A stretch of DNA of 32,000 nucleotides from Intestinicryptomonas porci (GCF_033971905.1 NZ_JALBUT010000009.1:8615-40614); one strand, 5' to 3'. Counted from the stretch's first letter, positions 8,135-18,152 are shown. A program made the numbers and translations. The notes: generated from the sequence alone by a model not told the origin.

Positions 8135-9235
8135 ATGCTGCATTATATTTCAAACTTGGAAAGCGTTTGGGGGCCTTTCCGACTTTTTAACTATTTGTCC
8201 TTTCGCTGCGTATTGGCGGCAGTTACGGCGTTTTTAATCGCATTTGCGTTTGCTCCGCGCGTAATAAGATTTTTCAGGGCAAAAAAAGCGTTCCAAATCC
8301 AGCGCAACGCCGAAATAATGGGGAAAACCGCCGAACTGCACTCGTGGAAAGAAGGCACGCCGTGCATGGGCGGGCTGATTATTTTTGCGGGAGTGATGGT
8401 TTCCGCCCTTTTGTGGTGCAAAATAAACACCATGGTAGTCGCCGCACTGTCGGTTTACGCAATTCTTACAGCAACGGGCTTTGCGGACGACTACTTGAAA
8501 CTTTTAAAAGGCAATTCAAACGGAATAAAAGGCAAAACCAAAATTTTCTGGCAAATAACAGCATCGGCAACAGCGGGCGCGATTTTGTTTACAAACCCCG
8601 CCTATGCCCAGTCAATGCAGGAGCTTTGGCTGCCGTTTGTGAAAACCTGCGTGTGGGTTATGCCGATAATTGTAGCAATCGCCTTCCTTGCGCTTGTGAT
8701 TTCATCTTCAAGCAACGCCCTGAACTTGACAGACGGCTTGGACGGGCTTGCCACGGGCTGCACAATATCGGTCGTATTGGCATACGGAATTTTTGCGTAC
8801 GTCACGGGCAACCAAATCGCCGCCGAATATCTTTCCCTAGGCTACATTCCCAACTGCGGTGAACTCGCTGTATTGTGCTGCACTATTTTGGGCGCGGCAA
8901 TGGCATTTTTATGGTTCAACTGCTATCCCGCATACATTTGGATGGGAGATACCGGCTCGCTCGGGCTTGGCGGAATTATCGGCGTAATCGCGTTTATGGT
9001 CCACCAGCCAATAACTTTGATTTTGGTTGGCGGAGTTTTCGTGATGGAAACAATGTCGGTAATAATTCAAACGAGGTATTACAAGCTGACCGGAGGCAAG
9101 AGAATTTTCAGAAAATCGCCAATCCACCACCATTTTGAAGAAGGCGGATGGAAAGAAACGCAGGTTGTCATAAGATTTTGGATTTTATCGCTGATATTTG
9201 CCCTTGCGGGTCTTGCAACACTCAAATTGCGCTAA
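8135..9235 (+). CDS. mraY: Phospho-N-acetylmuramoyl-pentapeptide-transferase MraY
   Basis: It is a polytopic membrane protein with the motifs NALNLTDGLDGLA and PIHHHFE. Confidence 0.96.
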   Translation: MLHYISNLESVWGPFRLFNYLSFRCVLAAVTAFLIAFAFAPRVIRFFRAKKAFQIQRNAEIMGKTAELHSWKEGTPCMGGLIIFAGVMVSALLWCKINTMVVAALSVYAILTATGFADDYLKLLKGNSNGIKGKTKIFWQITASATAGAILFTNPAYAQSMQELWLPFVKTCVWVMPIIVAIAFLALVISSSSNALNLTDGLDGLATGCTISVVLAYGIFAYVTGNQIAAEYLSLGYIPNCGELAVLCCTILGAAMAFLWFNCYPAYIWMGDTGSLGLGGIIGVIAFMVHQPITLILVGGVFVMETMSVIIQTRYYKLTGGKRIFRKSPIHHHFEEGGWKETQVVIRFWILSLIFALAGLATLKLR

Positions 9236-9239
9236 AAAA

Positions 9240-10520
9240 ATGAGGGAAATAAAGAAAACGCTCGAACGGCTGGCAGGCGGGGAGAAAGTCGCCCTTTGGG
9301 GGCGAGGCGCAAGCACTGCCTCCGTCGAAAAGCTGTTCGCAAAAGCGGGCATCGAATGCGTTTATTACTCCGACAATCCAAACGACAAAAAATTCGATTT
9401 CGACGCGGCAAAAAAACACCGTCTGGCGGTTTATTCGCCCGCTTTTCAAAGCTCGAACAAATTTTTTGAAGCCGCCAATGCCGCAAACGTCGCGACTTTG
9501 GGAGAGCCCGACATCGCGGGCAAATGCTGGAAGGGCAAAATAGTCGCGATAAGCGGCACAAACGGCAAGACAACGCTTACATCGTTTCTAACCCTCGCCT
9601 TGAATAATGCGGGATTTAATGCGATAAGCGCGGGGAACATAGGCACTCCCCTTTGCGAGTTCGTCGAAAGCGAATGCGAAACGAGAACGGCAGTTTTGGA
9701 ACTTAGCTCTTTCCAGACAATGCGCCTTAAATATCTCCACCCCGACGCCTATATCTGGACGAACTTCGCCCCCGACCATCTGGACTGGCATAAAGACATG
9801 CGCGAATATTTTTTGGCGAAGCTAAATCTTGCAAAGATGCTGAAAAAAGACATCTTCATTGCGGGAAAATCCGTGTATGACTTCGCAAAGTCGGAAGGCA
9901 TAAAACTCCCAGAGTTCATTAAAATTGCCGAAAAATCGCAAGCCGAAAATCCCCCTCCCCCGTTTGACAATTCGATTCAATCTGAAAATTTCGCGATGGC
10001 GAAAGCTTTTTGGAAGGTATGGTCGCTCGACGAGCAAATTTTGGAAAACTCCGCAAAAAGTTTCTCCCTTTCAAAGTTCAGATTTGCGAAAACCGCCGAA
10101 ATCGGAAAAGTTGGATTTTGGAACGATTCAAAAGCCACAAACGCCCACGCGGCAATAGCCGCGCTCCGCGAACTTAAAGGCAAAAAAGTATTTTGGATTG
10201 GCGGCGGAAAAAACAAAAACTGCGACTTGAAAGAGCTTGCACAAACCGTCCGCGAATGTGCCGACGGAGCCTGCCTTATCGGGCAAACCGCCGAAATTTT
10301 AAAAAATGAAATAAAGTCGCTCAAAAACGGTATTTTCACTTGCCAAACATTGGAAGAAGCCGTAAAAATAGCATTCGAGAAATCAAAAAATGGGGGCAAT
10401 GTGCTTTTCAGTCCCTCTTTTTCGAGTTTCGGAATGTTTAAAAACTACGCGGAAAGAGGCAGAGCTTTTGACGCGGAAGTGTTTAAACTAAAAGAATTTC
10501 AACACAACAACATAAAATAA
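9240..10520 (+). CDS. murD: UDP-N-acetylmuramoylalanine--D-glutamate ligase MurD
   Basis: P-loop ISGTNGKTT and the dcw position support the call. ATG 9240 lies 4 nt after the mraY stop. The track start at 9198 would overlap mraY by 38 nt. Confidence 0.9.
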   Translation: MREIKKTLERLAGGEKVALWGRGASTASVEKLFAKAGIECVYYSDNPNDKKFDFDAAKKHRLAVYSPAFQSSNKFFEAANAANVATLGEPDIAGKCWKGKIVAISGTNGKTTLTSFLTLALNNAGFNAISAGNIGTPLCEFVESECETRTAVLELSSFQTMRLKYLHPDAYIWTNFAPDHLDWHKDMREYFLAKLNLAKMLKKDIFIAGKSVYDFAKSEGIKLPEFIKIAEKSQAENPPPPFDNSIQSENFAMAKAFWKVWSLDEQILENSAKSFSLSKFRFAKTAEIGKVGFWNDSKATNAHAAIAALRELKGKKVFWIGGGKNKNCDLKELAQTVRECADGACLIGQTAEILKNEIKSLKNGIFTCQTLEEAVKIAFEKSKNGGNVLFSPSFSSFGMFKNYAERGRAFDAEVFKLKEFQHNNIK

Positions 10521-10540
10521 AAATTTAAAAAACAAAGATA

Positions 10541-11689
10541 ATGAAAGCTCCTATAACAATCGCCGTAATCGCATTGCACTTGGCAATCGTAGCAACAATT
10601 CTCGTTCCGGGTTGCAAATCTTCAACTGAAAACGCGGAACCAAATCCGGAAGTCACCAAGTCAAATACCGACGTAAACAAGGAAAATGTTGAAATCCAGC
10701 CCGTAAAGGAAGACGACTCAGTTGCTATTCTCAATTCCCAAAGCCAGGAAGGAAGCGAAGATTTAAGAGAAAATCCCATGCGCCCGATGACGCTTGAAGA
10801 CGAAATGCTCGGCGGAAAAGAAGAAAAGGCAAAAGGCGAAAAAATCGAGCCGAAAAAAACGCAAAAAACCGTCGCGATGAACGAGGATTTGCAGCCCTCT
10901 TCAACTTACATTGTAAAGAAAGGCGATACTTTAAGCGGAATTGCGGCAAAGCATGGCGTCAACCTTTCCATCTTGATGGAAGCAAACGGAATGAACCGCA
11001 AGTCCGTCATAAAAGTGGGGCAGAAGATTTCAATCCCCGCAAAATCAGCGTCGGCAAAATCAAAATCCGCATTTGAAGAACCGAAATCTGCACCTCTTTC
11101 AAAAGAAACTTCTTCGGCGGAAGTCGTGACATACGTTGTGGAAAAAGGCGACAACCTCTCAAAAATCGCCTCGAAATACCGCACGTCGGTCGCGGCAATA
11201 ATGGAATTAAACGGAATGTCAAAAACTTCCATAAACGTCGGCAAGAAATTGAAAATACCGACAAACACAAAATCTGTCGCACAAACCGCCGCAGTTGCAA
11301 AACAAGACTCCAAGAAGTATGAAGGCAAGCTTACCCACACCGTAAAAAGTGGCGACACCCTCGGCGGAATTGCCATTAAATACGGCGTGCCCCTAAAAAC
11401 TCTAATGGAGCAAAACGGCATTCAAGACGCCCGCAAAATCAGAATCGGCAAAGTTTTGATAATAAAAGACAAGGCGGCAAACTCCGAAAAGATATTTGAG
11501 GACAAAAAGCCGCAGGCGACCGCTCCTGTTGAAGTAAAAACGGAAACTTCTGCAAGCGCGCCCGCAATTCCCGCATCTTCCAACGCGCCACAGGTAACCC
11601 CTGCGGAAGAGCAAGCGGAAGCCCCTGCGGAAATTCCATCGGACGCTGTAAACACTCCGGCTCCTCAAGCAGAGTTGCCGTCACTGTAA
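10541..11689 (+). CDS. Membrane-anchored (possible lipoprotein) protein with three LysM peptidoglycan-binding domains, embedded in the dcw operon
   Basis: The N-terminal hydrophobic segment ends in LVPGC, a lipobox-like motif with an atypical Pro at -2. A charged linker follows, then three LysM-like units and a P/A/E-rich tail. The gene sits 20 nt after murD and 17 nt before ftsW, with no visible terminator on either side. Confidence 0.85.
   Translation: MKAPITIAVIALHLAIVATILVPGCKSSTENAEPNPEVTKSNTDVNKENVEIQPVKEDDSVAILNSQSQEGSEDLRENPMRPMTLEDEMLGGKEEKAKGEKIEPKKTQKTVAMNEDLQPSSTYIVKKGDTLSGIAAKHGVNLSILMEANGMNRKSVIKVGQKISIPAKSASAKSKSAFEEPKSAPLSKETSSAEVVTYVVEKGDNLSKIASKYRTSVAAIMELNGMSKTSINVGKKLKIPTNTKSVAQTAAVAKQDSKKYEGKLTHTVKSGDTLGGIAIKYGVPLKTLMEQNGIQDARKIRIGKVLIIKDKAANSEKIFEDKKPQATAPVEVKTETSASAPAIPASSNAPQVTPAEEQAEAPAEIPSDAVNTPAPQAELPSL
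10907..11464 (+). repeat. Three LysM domain repeats (protein level)
   Basis: Unit 1 is YIVKKGDTLSGIAAKHGVNLSILMEANGMNRKSVIKVGQKISIP (10907-11038). Unit 2 is YVVEKGDNLSKIASKYRTSVAAIMELNGMSKTSINVGKKLKIP (11132-11260). Unit 3 is HTVKSGDTLGGIAIKYGVPLKTLMEQNGIQDARKIRIGKVLII (11336-11464). All three match the LysM consensus Y.V..GDTL..IA..yg......l...N.l.....i..Gq.l.iP. Confidence 0.85.
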
Positions 11690-11706
11690 TTTAAATCCGA
11701 TTATAG

Positions 11707-12843
11707 ATGCCGGAAACGGAACTAAAATCGGGACAGCAGAAAACGAGCGCATGGCTTGCCGTACTTATGCCGGTTGTGCTTTTATCAGCAATCGGCATAA
11801 TTTCGCTTTTAAGTGCGGGAGAAATTCGCGGCAACGCCTATTTGCTTGTTGAAAAACAGCTGGTTTGGATGTGCGTCGCCCTCGCGGCAGGCATATTTAC
11901 AAGTTTTGCGCCCTTGCAGTTCTGGAAAAAAGTCGCGCCATTTGCGGCTGTAATAGTTCTTGTCTTGCTCGTGCTCGTGCTTATTCCGGGAATAGGCAGA
12001 GAAGTTAAAGGCTCGCGCAGATGGCTTCAAATAGGCGGATATGTAATCCAGCCGAGCGACATGGCAAAAGCCGCGATTGTTTTGTGGCTTAGCGCGTACA
12101 TGCAGATTTTTCAACGCCACATAAAGTCGTTTTTTAAAGGCGTTTTTATTCCGTCGGCTTTAATCGGAATATTTTTGCTTCCGATAATAAAAGAACCTGA
12201 CTTCGGAACAACCGCGCTTTGCGGAGCGGTTGCCTTCTTAATGCTTTTCATGGCGGGAGTGAAAATAAGGCACGTCGCGCCTTTTGTACTCATCGGAGTT
12301 GCGGCAGTTTCAACGCTTGTAGCTTTAAATCCGAACCGAATGGAGAGGCTTTTCGCGTTCCTTCACAGGGAAGAGGAAGCTCTCGGCGGTGGATACCAAC
12401 TGACCCAGGCAATTTACGCGTTCGGCGCGGGAGAGTGGCTCGGTGTCGGGCTTGGCGAAGGCAGGCAGCAGTATTCCTTCCTGCCGGAAGCGCATACCGA
12501 CTTCATTTTTGCGAATATCGCGGAAGAATGGGGATTTGTTGGAACTGCAACAGTCCTCACCCTGTTCTTCATAATTTTCATAGCGGCGATTTTAAATCTG
12601 AAAAAAGCCCCCAACATGTTTGAATATCTGCTATGCCTCGGCGCGCTTTTGATGATAATAATCCAAACGCTTTTCAACATGGGAGTCGTTATGGGGCTTT
12701 TGCCGACAAAAGGCATATCGTTGCCCTTTTTAAGCTACGGAGGCTCAAACCTCGTCGTGATGTTCTTTTTCAGCGGAATTTTGATAAACTGCATTCGTTC
12801 ATGGAATACCCCAAAGCCAATAAAGGTCACTGATTATGAGTAA
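11707..12843 (+). CDS. ftsW: SEDS-family peptidoglycan glycosyltransferase FtsW
   Basis: It is polytopic, with the motifs EPDFGTT, LPEAHTDFIFA and LPTKGISLPFLSYGGS. It occupies the dcw position between murD and murG. Confidence 0.94.
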   Translation: MPETELKSGQQKTSAWLAVLMPVVLLSAIGIISLLSAGEIRGNAYLLVEKQLVWMCVALAAGIFTSFAPLQFWKKVAPFAAVIVLVLLVLVLIPGIGREVKGSRRWLQIGGYVIQPSDMAKAAIVLWLSAYMQIFQRHIKSFFKGVFIPSALIGIFLLPIIKEPDFGTTALCGAVAFLMLFMAGVKIRHVAPFVLIGVAAVSTLVALNPNRMERLFAFLHREEEALGGGYQLTQAIYAFGAGEWLGVGLGEGRQQYSFLPEAHTDFIFANIAEEWGFVGTATVLTLFFIIFIAAILNLKKAPNMFEYLLCLGALLMIIIQTLFNMGVVMGLLPTKGISLPFLSYGGSNLVVMFFFSGILINCIRSWNTPKPIKVTDYE

Positions 12844-13924
12844 ATATTTGATTTCCTGCGGAGGCACGGGAGGACATCTCGCCCCGGGCATCGCAATAGG
12901 AGAAGCCCTCGCAAGCAAGGGGCACGACGTCTCTTTCATAATAAGCGAAAAGGCAATAGATTCGCGCCTTTCTGCAAAGTATAAAAATTTCAAGTTCATA
13001 AAAACTCCCGGACTTCCCTTTTCGCCAAGCCCGATAAAATTCCTAAAATTTTTAATATCGCAATTCCGCGCGGTAAAATGCTGCAAAAAAATCTTCATGG
13101 AAAACAATGCGGATGTTGCGATAGCCTTCGGAGGCTTCAACTCGATGGGGCTTGCAATCGCGGCGTGGCTTGCAAAAAAGCCGCTCGTTTTGCACGAAGC
13201 AAATCGAAAACCGGGCAAGGCAGTGAGGCTTTTCGGCTTTATAGCGACAAGAGTTTACCTTCCGCACGGAGTCAGGATAGAGCAAAACAAGTCGGGTGTC
13301 GTAAGGCAGGCGGGCTACCCGATTCGCTCCGAAATTTTCAAAAAAGACGAAGCAAAATCAAAGGAGCTGTTCGGTTTTGGGAAAGAAGCCAACATAGTTT
13401 TGGTCTGCGGGGGCTCTCAGGGAGCGGCGGCATTGAACAGATGGGCAAAAGACAATTTTGAGCATCTCGCACATGAAGGCATTGACATCTTTTGCATTGC
13501 AGGCCCCTCCCAGTCGCAAATAGAAAACCGAACCTGCAAGGACAAAAACGGAATTGAAAGGCATCTGCGCTCAATCGCCTTTTGCGACAACATGGCAGAA
13601 GCCATGTCGGCGGCAAAAATCGTGGTCGCGCGCGCAGGCGCAGGGTCGATAGCGGAATTTGCCCGCTGCAGAACAATTCCAATACTCGTACCCTTCCCGT
13701 TTTCGGCGGACAACCACCAGCTTGAAAACGCAAGATACGTCGAAAAAAACGGGGCAGGAATTTGCGTTTTGCAAGAAAACATTTCAAGCCTTTCAACCGA
13801 AGTGCTTGCGCTTTTCGGCAATCCAAAACTTTGCGAAAAAATGCGCCGCAATCTGGAAAAACTCGACGAATTAAACGGCATATCAAAATTTGTTTCGGAT
13901 CTTGAAGAGCTTGCACTAAAATAA
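12836..13924 (+). CDS. murG: UDP-N-acetylglucosamine--lipid I N-acetylglucosamine transferase MurG
   Basis: Motifs GGTGGHLAPG, ARAGAGSIAE and HQLENA are present. It overlaps the end of ftsW by 8 nt. Confidence 0.95.
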   Translation: MSKYLISCGGTGGHLAPGIAIGEALASKGHDVSFIISEKAIDSRLSAKYKNFKFIKTPGLPFSPSPIKFLKFLISQFRAVKCCKKIFMENNADVAIAFGGFNSMGLAIAAWLAKKPLVLHEANRKPGKAVRLFGFIATRVYLPHGVRIEQNKSGVVRQAGYPIRSEIFKKDEAKSKELFGFGKEANIVLVCGGSQGAAALNRWAKDNFEHLAHEGIDIFCIAGPSQSQIENRTCKDKNGIERHLRSIAFCDNMAEAMSAAKIVVARAGAGSIAEFARCRTIPILVPFPFSADNHQLENARYVEKNGAGICVLQENISSLSTEVLALFGNPKLCEKMRRNLEKLDELNGISKFVSDLEELALK

Positions 13925-13928
13925 GGCT

Positions 13929-15149
13929 ATGGGGCGGAAAATTTTCATGGGGGGAATTTGCGGCATGGGCATGGCGCCACTTGCCATGTTTTTGCGCGAT
14001 GAAGGATGCGAGGTTTCGGGCTTTGACGACAATCCAAACCCCGCCGTAAAAAGTATGCTTCTGCAAAAAGGCGTAAAGTTTTGCGAAAGCAAAAAGCCTG
14101 ATTTTGACGCGGACGAATTCATCATAACAAGCGCACTAAAATATGTTGAACAAAACTTAAAAGACGCACCCTGCAAAAAGTTTTTAAGAAGGGGCGTCGC
14201 GCTTGCCGAAATCGCAAAAGAGCGAAGGCTTATCGGCGTTTGCGGAAGCCACGGGAAAACCACCACGACTTCGCTTATTTCGCACGCAATATCAACTCTC
14301 AACCTCGACGCGGGCTACATAACAGGGGCAATTCCAAACGGAATTCCGCCGCAAAAATTCTGCGAAAAAAATAAAATTCTCGCGGCAGAACTCGACGAAA
14401 GCGACGGGACTATCGAAAATTTTTCGCCGGAAATCACGGTGGCTTTAAACGGAGACCTCGACCATACCGACACCTACCCCGACTTGAAAAGCCTTGAAGA
14501 AATGTTTGCCCGCCTTTTTTCGCGGACAAAAAAATACATTGTCATCCCCGAAGGCGACGGGCTTTTAAAACGTGCGGCAGGCTCCGCAAAAGCAGAAACT
14601 ATTTTCGTCAAATGCCCGAAAGACGACTTCATGATGTCAGACAAGCTTATGGCTCTTTGCGCCCTAAACCTTGCCTTTGAAAGTGATTTCAGCCTCTCGG
14701 TTTTCGAAGAATTCAAGGGGGTTGGCAGGCGGCAGGAAATTTTAAAAGACGACGGCGAAATTCTCGCAGTGGCAGACTATGCCCACCACCCCTCTGAAAT
14801 TGCGGCATTTTTAAGCTGGCTCGACAAAAATTCCCCGCAAAAGAAGCTGGTTTTCTTCCAGCCGCACCGATATTCCAGAACAAAACGCTTCGCGAAAGAC
14901 TTTCAAAAAATCCTGCAATCGCGCGCCGACAAAGGGGATAAAATCTATATTCTTCCCGTATATCCCGCAAGCGAGCCTTTCGATGAGAGCGGCTCTGAAA
15001 AAAATATCGCAAATTCCAATCTTATGCTTGCGAATTTTCAAGACATCGGGCATATTTTAAACGAATTTAAACGAAACGCCGAAAGCAAGTTTTGCGCCGC
15101 TTTCATAGGCGCGGGAGACATATATTTTTACGCAAAAAAATTATTTTGA
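13929..15149 (+). CDS. murC: UDP-N-acetylmuramate--L-alanine ligase MurC (short, 406 aa)
   Basis: It has the N-terminal Rossmann motif GGICGMGMAPLA and the P-loop GVCGSHGKTTTTS. The dcw position follows murG. I cannot fully exclude an Mpl-like ligase from sequence alone. Confidence 0.85.
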   Translation: MGRKIFMGGICGMGMAPLAMFLRDEGCEVSGFDDNPNPAVKSMLLQKGVKFCESKKPDFDADEFIITSALKYVEQNLKDAPCKKFLRRGVALAEIAKERRLIGVCGSHGKTTTTSLISHAISTLNLDAGYITGAIPNGIPPQKFCEKNKILAAELDESDGTIENFSPEITVALNGDLDHTDTYPDLKSLEEMFARLFSRTKKYIVIPEGDGLLKRAAGSAKAETIFVKCPKDDFMMSDKLMALCALNLAFESDFSLSVFEEFKGVGRRQEILKDDGEILAVADYAHHPSEIAAFLSWLDKNSPQKKLVFFQPHRYSRTKRFAKDFQKILQSRADKGDKIYILPVYPASEPFDESGSEKNIANSNLMLANFQDIGHILNEFKRNAESKFCAAFIGAGDIYFYAKKLF

Positions 15150-15153
15150 AATT

Positions 15154-16074
15154 ATGGAAAATTTTAAAGTTGCCGTGCTCATGGGCGGGATTTCCTCGGA
15201 AAGGGAAGTGTCGCTTGTAAGCGGAAAATTTGTATTTGAATCCGTCAAAAAAAATTTTGACGCCGTTTGCATCACTCTCGACAAAAACGAGCTTCCCAAA
15301 GGCTTGTCTTCGCAGAATACCATAGTGTTTCCCGTAATGCACGGCGAATACGGGGAAGACGGGACCCTGCAAAAAGAGCTTGAAGACGCAGGATTTGCAT
15401 ATGCCGGAACAAACAGCATTGCAAGCAGGGTATGTATGAATAAGCCTGCGGCAAAATTCCTCATGGGCGCGGCGGGATTAAACGTTGCAAAAGGGATTGC
15501 TTTCAGCGCAAAAGAAAAACCCTCCGCTTGCGCCGCGGCAGAGATGCTCGGAGAGCGCCTGATTTTAAAGCCCGCCGACAAGGGAAGCAGCGTCGGGCTT
15601 AAAACACTGAACGGGAAAGCGGAGCTTGAAGCCGCGCTTTCTGAAATCTCGGAGGGAATGTGGTTGCTTGAAAGCTTTTTCAAAGGCAGGGAATTTTCAA
15701 TCGGCGTAATAGGCGGAAAAGCCGCAGGAATTGTAGAAATTATCCCCGAAGGCGGCGTTTACGACTTTAAGCGCAAATACACGAAAGGCGCAACCCGCTA
15801 CGAGTTTCCCGCAAAGCTTTCCGAAAAAGAAACGGAGAATATGAAGTGCGCGGCTGAAAAAGCATTCGCAGTCTGCGGATGCAGGGATTTTTCAAGAGTT
15901 GATTTCCTCATGGATGAAAGCGGAAATTTTATCGTACTTGAAATAAACACCCTGCCCGGAATGACGCCCACAAGTCTCCTTCCCAAAAGCGCATCGTGCG
16001 CGGGATACGATTTCGACGGTCTTTGCAAAAAAATGCTTGAAGGCGCAATAATGCGTTTCCGAAAAAACAGATAA
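15154..16074 (+). CDS. ddl: D-alanine--D-alanine ligase
   Basis: It begins VAVLMGGISSEREVSLVSG and contains the ATP-grasp motif EINTLPGMT. The length (306 aa) is typical. Confidence 0.94.
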   Translation: MENFKVAVLMGGISSEREVSLVSGKFVFESVKKNFDAVCITLDKNELPKGLSSQNTIVFPVMHGEYGEDGTLQKELEDAGFAYAGTNSIASRVCMNKPAAKFLMGAAGLNVAKGIAFSAKEKPSACAAAEMLGERLILKPADKGSSVGLKTLNGKAELEAALSEISEGMWLLESFFKGREFSIGVIGGKAAGIVEIIPEGGVYDFKRKYTKGATRYEFPAKLSEKETENMKCAAEKAFAVCGCRDFSRVDFLMDESGNFIVLEINTLPGMTPTSLLPKSASCAGYDFDGLCKKMLEGAIMRFRKNR

Positions 16075-16953
16075 GTGCCGCAAAAAAAAACACAGTCTTG
16101 GCAGGATTTAAAACCCTCCTCAAAAAAGCGCGAAAACGCAACCTGGCGGGCGCGGCTTAAACTTGTTTTCATTTGGTTTAAGCGCATATTTTTGCTTGCC
16201 GCTTTTTGCGCAATCGCATTCGGGGCATTCTATGTTTACGACAACGGGCTGATTGAAAAACTCCTTACGCCCTCAACCGAAGAACTGAAAGAAACAATTT
16301 ATAAAACCAACGGCAAAATTTCAAAAATCTGGGCAAAAAAGCACGGATACTTGCCAAAGCCCCAAAACCTCGCACAAATAGACGTAAAGCAAATCCAGTC
16401 CAACCTGCTGAAAATATCGCAGATAAAAAGCGCGGACGTCGCCAAAATTTACCCCGACAAAATTTCCATTGAAATAAAGGAATACTCTCCGTCTGCAAGA
16501 GTAGCCATTGCGCAAAACCGCAAAGTTAGGGAATACATGCTTTCAAAAGAAGGCGTCATATTCAGCCCTGTCTGCATAAAAAAATCCGAAACTGCCGACC
16601 TCCCGTGGATAACGGGCATACCCATAATTCAAAAAGGTCCGCACTTCGCCGCCTATCCCTATGCAGAAAGCATAGACGAGCTTGTAAAAGAAGCCCGCCT
16701 GCGCGTGCCGAAAAATTTTTCAACCTGGCGCACGATAAACGCAAGGGAGCTTGGAAGCATCACCCTGCCAATCATGATAGTTTCGACAACCGAAAACGTA
16801 AAAATAGTGTTCCACGCAAAAAACATAAAATTTCAGTTGGAAAAACTGGAATATATCTTGAGATTTTTTGAAGAAGAAGGTTTAGTGAATGTAGAAAAAA
16901 TCGATCTTGCCCTGAAAGGCAGGGCTATTGTAAGCTTGCGCAAAAACAAATGA
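16075..16953 (+). CDS. ftsQ: Cell division protein FtsQ (POTRA domain)
   Basis: It has a basic N-terminus, a single TM helix (IFLLAAFCAIAFGAFYVY) and a periplasmic domain of FtsQ size. It occupies the slot between ddl and ftsA. The GTG start directly abuts the ddl stop. Confidence 0.8.
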   Translation: MPQKKTQSWQDLKPSSKKRENATWRARLKLVFIWFKRIFLLAAFCAIAFGAFYVYDNGLIEKLLTPSTEELKETIYKTNGKISKIWAKKHGYLPKPQNLAQIDVKQIQSNLLKISQIKSADVAKIYPDKISIEIKEYSPSARVAIAQNRKVREYMLSKEGVIFSPVCIKKSETADLPWITGIPIIQKGPHFAAYPYAESIDELVKEARLRVPKNFSTWRTINARELGSITLPIMIVSTTENVKIVFHAKNIKFQLEKLEYILRFFEEEGLVNVEKIDLALKGRAIVSLRKNK

Positions 16954-18149
16954 ACAACAACCCGATAGTTTTGGCACTCGAAATAGGCACCTCAAAAATG
17001 GTGGCGGTGGCGGGCGAATTGCTAAATTCGTCCGAAATAAACGTGCTGAGCGTCGGCAGGGGGAAGCCGGGGGGAGTAAAAAAAGCGGACATAATCGACC
17101 TCGGGAAAGCGGCTTCGCTTGCGCAGTCCGCCATTGAAGAGGCGCAAAAAGAAATAGGAAACGCAGATGTTGATTTTGTCTATCTTGCAATCAGCGGCTC
17201 GCAAATTTCCGCAATCCGCTCGACAGGTTCCGCAAACATAAGCGCAATAGACGGCACAATATCAAAGCAAGACATAGAGCGCGCGAAAAACGACGCCAAA
17301 AGCAAAATTCTGCCACCCGATGCCTGCTTCATAAACCGAATTTGTTGCGGATACTACATAGACGGTCAATACGTTAAAAATCCCGAAGGGCAGAAAGGCA
17401 GCCTCTTGGAAGCCGAATACTGGCTGATGTACGCCAATAAGGACAAGATTTTAAACGCGATGAGCGTCGTGCAAACTTTCGGAAATCTTGAAATAGAGGA
17501 AATTCTGCATTCCGGCATAGCCTCCGCCCTCGCCTGCACGACTCCCCTGCAAAGAGAAAACGGCGTGCTATGCATAGACATAGGCTGCGGCGCAACCGAC
17601 TACGCTTTCTTTAAAAACGGCAAAGTTTTTCAGGCGGGAACAATTCCCGTCGGCGGAGACCATGTGACAAACGACCTTTCTCTGGGGCTTAGGCTCAGCA
17701 TGAAAAACGCCAACAAAACCAAGCTGAAATACGGAAAAATAATTCCCACCGAAGACGAACTGCGCGGAGATGTCTGGCTTAACGGAGATAAAAGCATCGG
17801 CGATAAAATAATACCACTGGCATCGATAAACAAAATAATATGCCTGCGCTTTGAAGAACTTTTCAGCAATATTCGCGCAGAACTTTCCGACTACTTTGCA
17901 AACGGCAATGTCTCGGAAGTCCTGCTGACAGGCGGAGTGTCGCGCACGCAGGATTTGAGCGGGCTTGCAAGCACGGTTTTAGGAGTCCAGACAAGAAACG
18001 CCCGCGCGGCGGAATGGGTGCCTGCAAATTTGGCGTCCCCCGAATATTCAACGGTTCTCGGGCTTTTGGCGGCGGCAAGCCGCGACATGAAAAAGCGCGG
18101 CAAAAAAAGCGGCGGCTCAATATTTTCAAACATTTTCAAAAAGCGTTAA
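16950..18149 (+). CDS. ftsA: Cell division protein FtsA
   Basis: Actin-fold phosphate motifs ALEIGTSKMVAV and DIGCGATDYA are present. The C-terminus has an amphipathic membrane-targeting helix (GGSIFSNIFKKR). There is an ATGA overlap with ftsQ. Confidence 0.94.
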   Translation: MNNNPIVLALEIGTSKMVAVAGELLNSSEINVLSVGRGKPGGVKKADIIDLGKAASLAQSAIEEAQKEIGNADVDFVYLAISGSQISAIRSTGSANISAIDGTISKQDIERAKNDAKSKILPPDACFINRICCGYYIDGQYVKNPEGQKGSLLEAEYWLMYANKDKILNAMSVVQTFGNLEIEEILHSGIASALACTTPLQRENGVLCIDIGCGATDYAFFKNGKVFQAGTIPVGGDHVTNDLSLGLRLSMKNANKTKLKYGKIIPTEDELRGDVWLNGDKSIGDKIIPLASINKIICLRFEELFSNIRAELSDYFANGNVSEVLLTGGVSRTQDLSGLASTVLGVQTRNARAAEWVPANLASPEYSTVLGLLAAASRDMKKRGKKSGGSIFSNIFKKR

Positions 18150-18152
18150 GCG

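Noticed and set aside
7863-8237. A K/R-rich 124-aa ORF in an alternative frame across the MurF tail and the start of mraY.
   Set aside because: This frame is open only because the purine-rich, T-poor DNA lacks stop codons. It overlaps the well-supported mraY start, and nothing indicates frameshifting.
9198-9239. ORF-track upstream extensions of murD (9198) and nadD (GTG 23188).
   Set aside because: The murD extension overlaps the end of mraY by 38 nt, whereas ATG 9240 sits 4 nt after it. The nadD extension precedes the canonical MLKIGIMGGSFDPPH N-terminus at ATG 23143.
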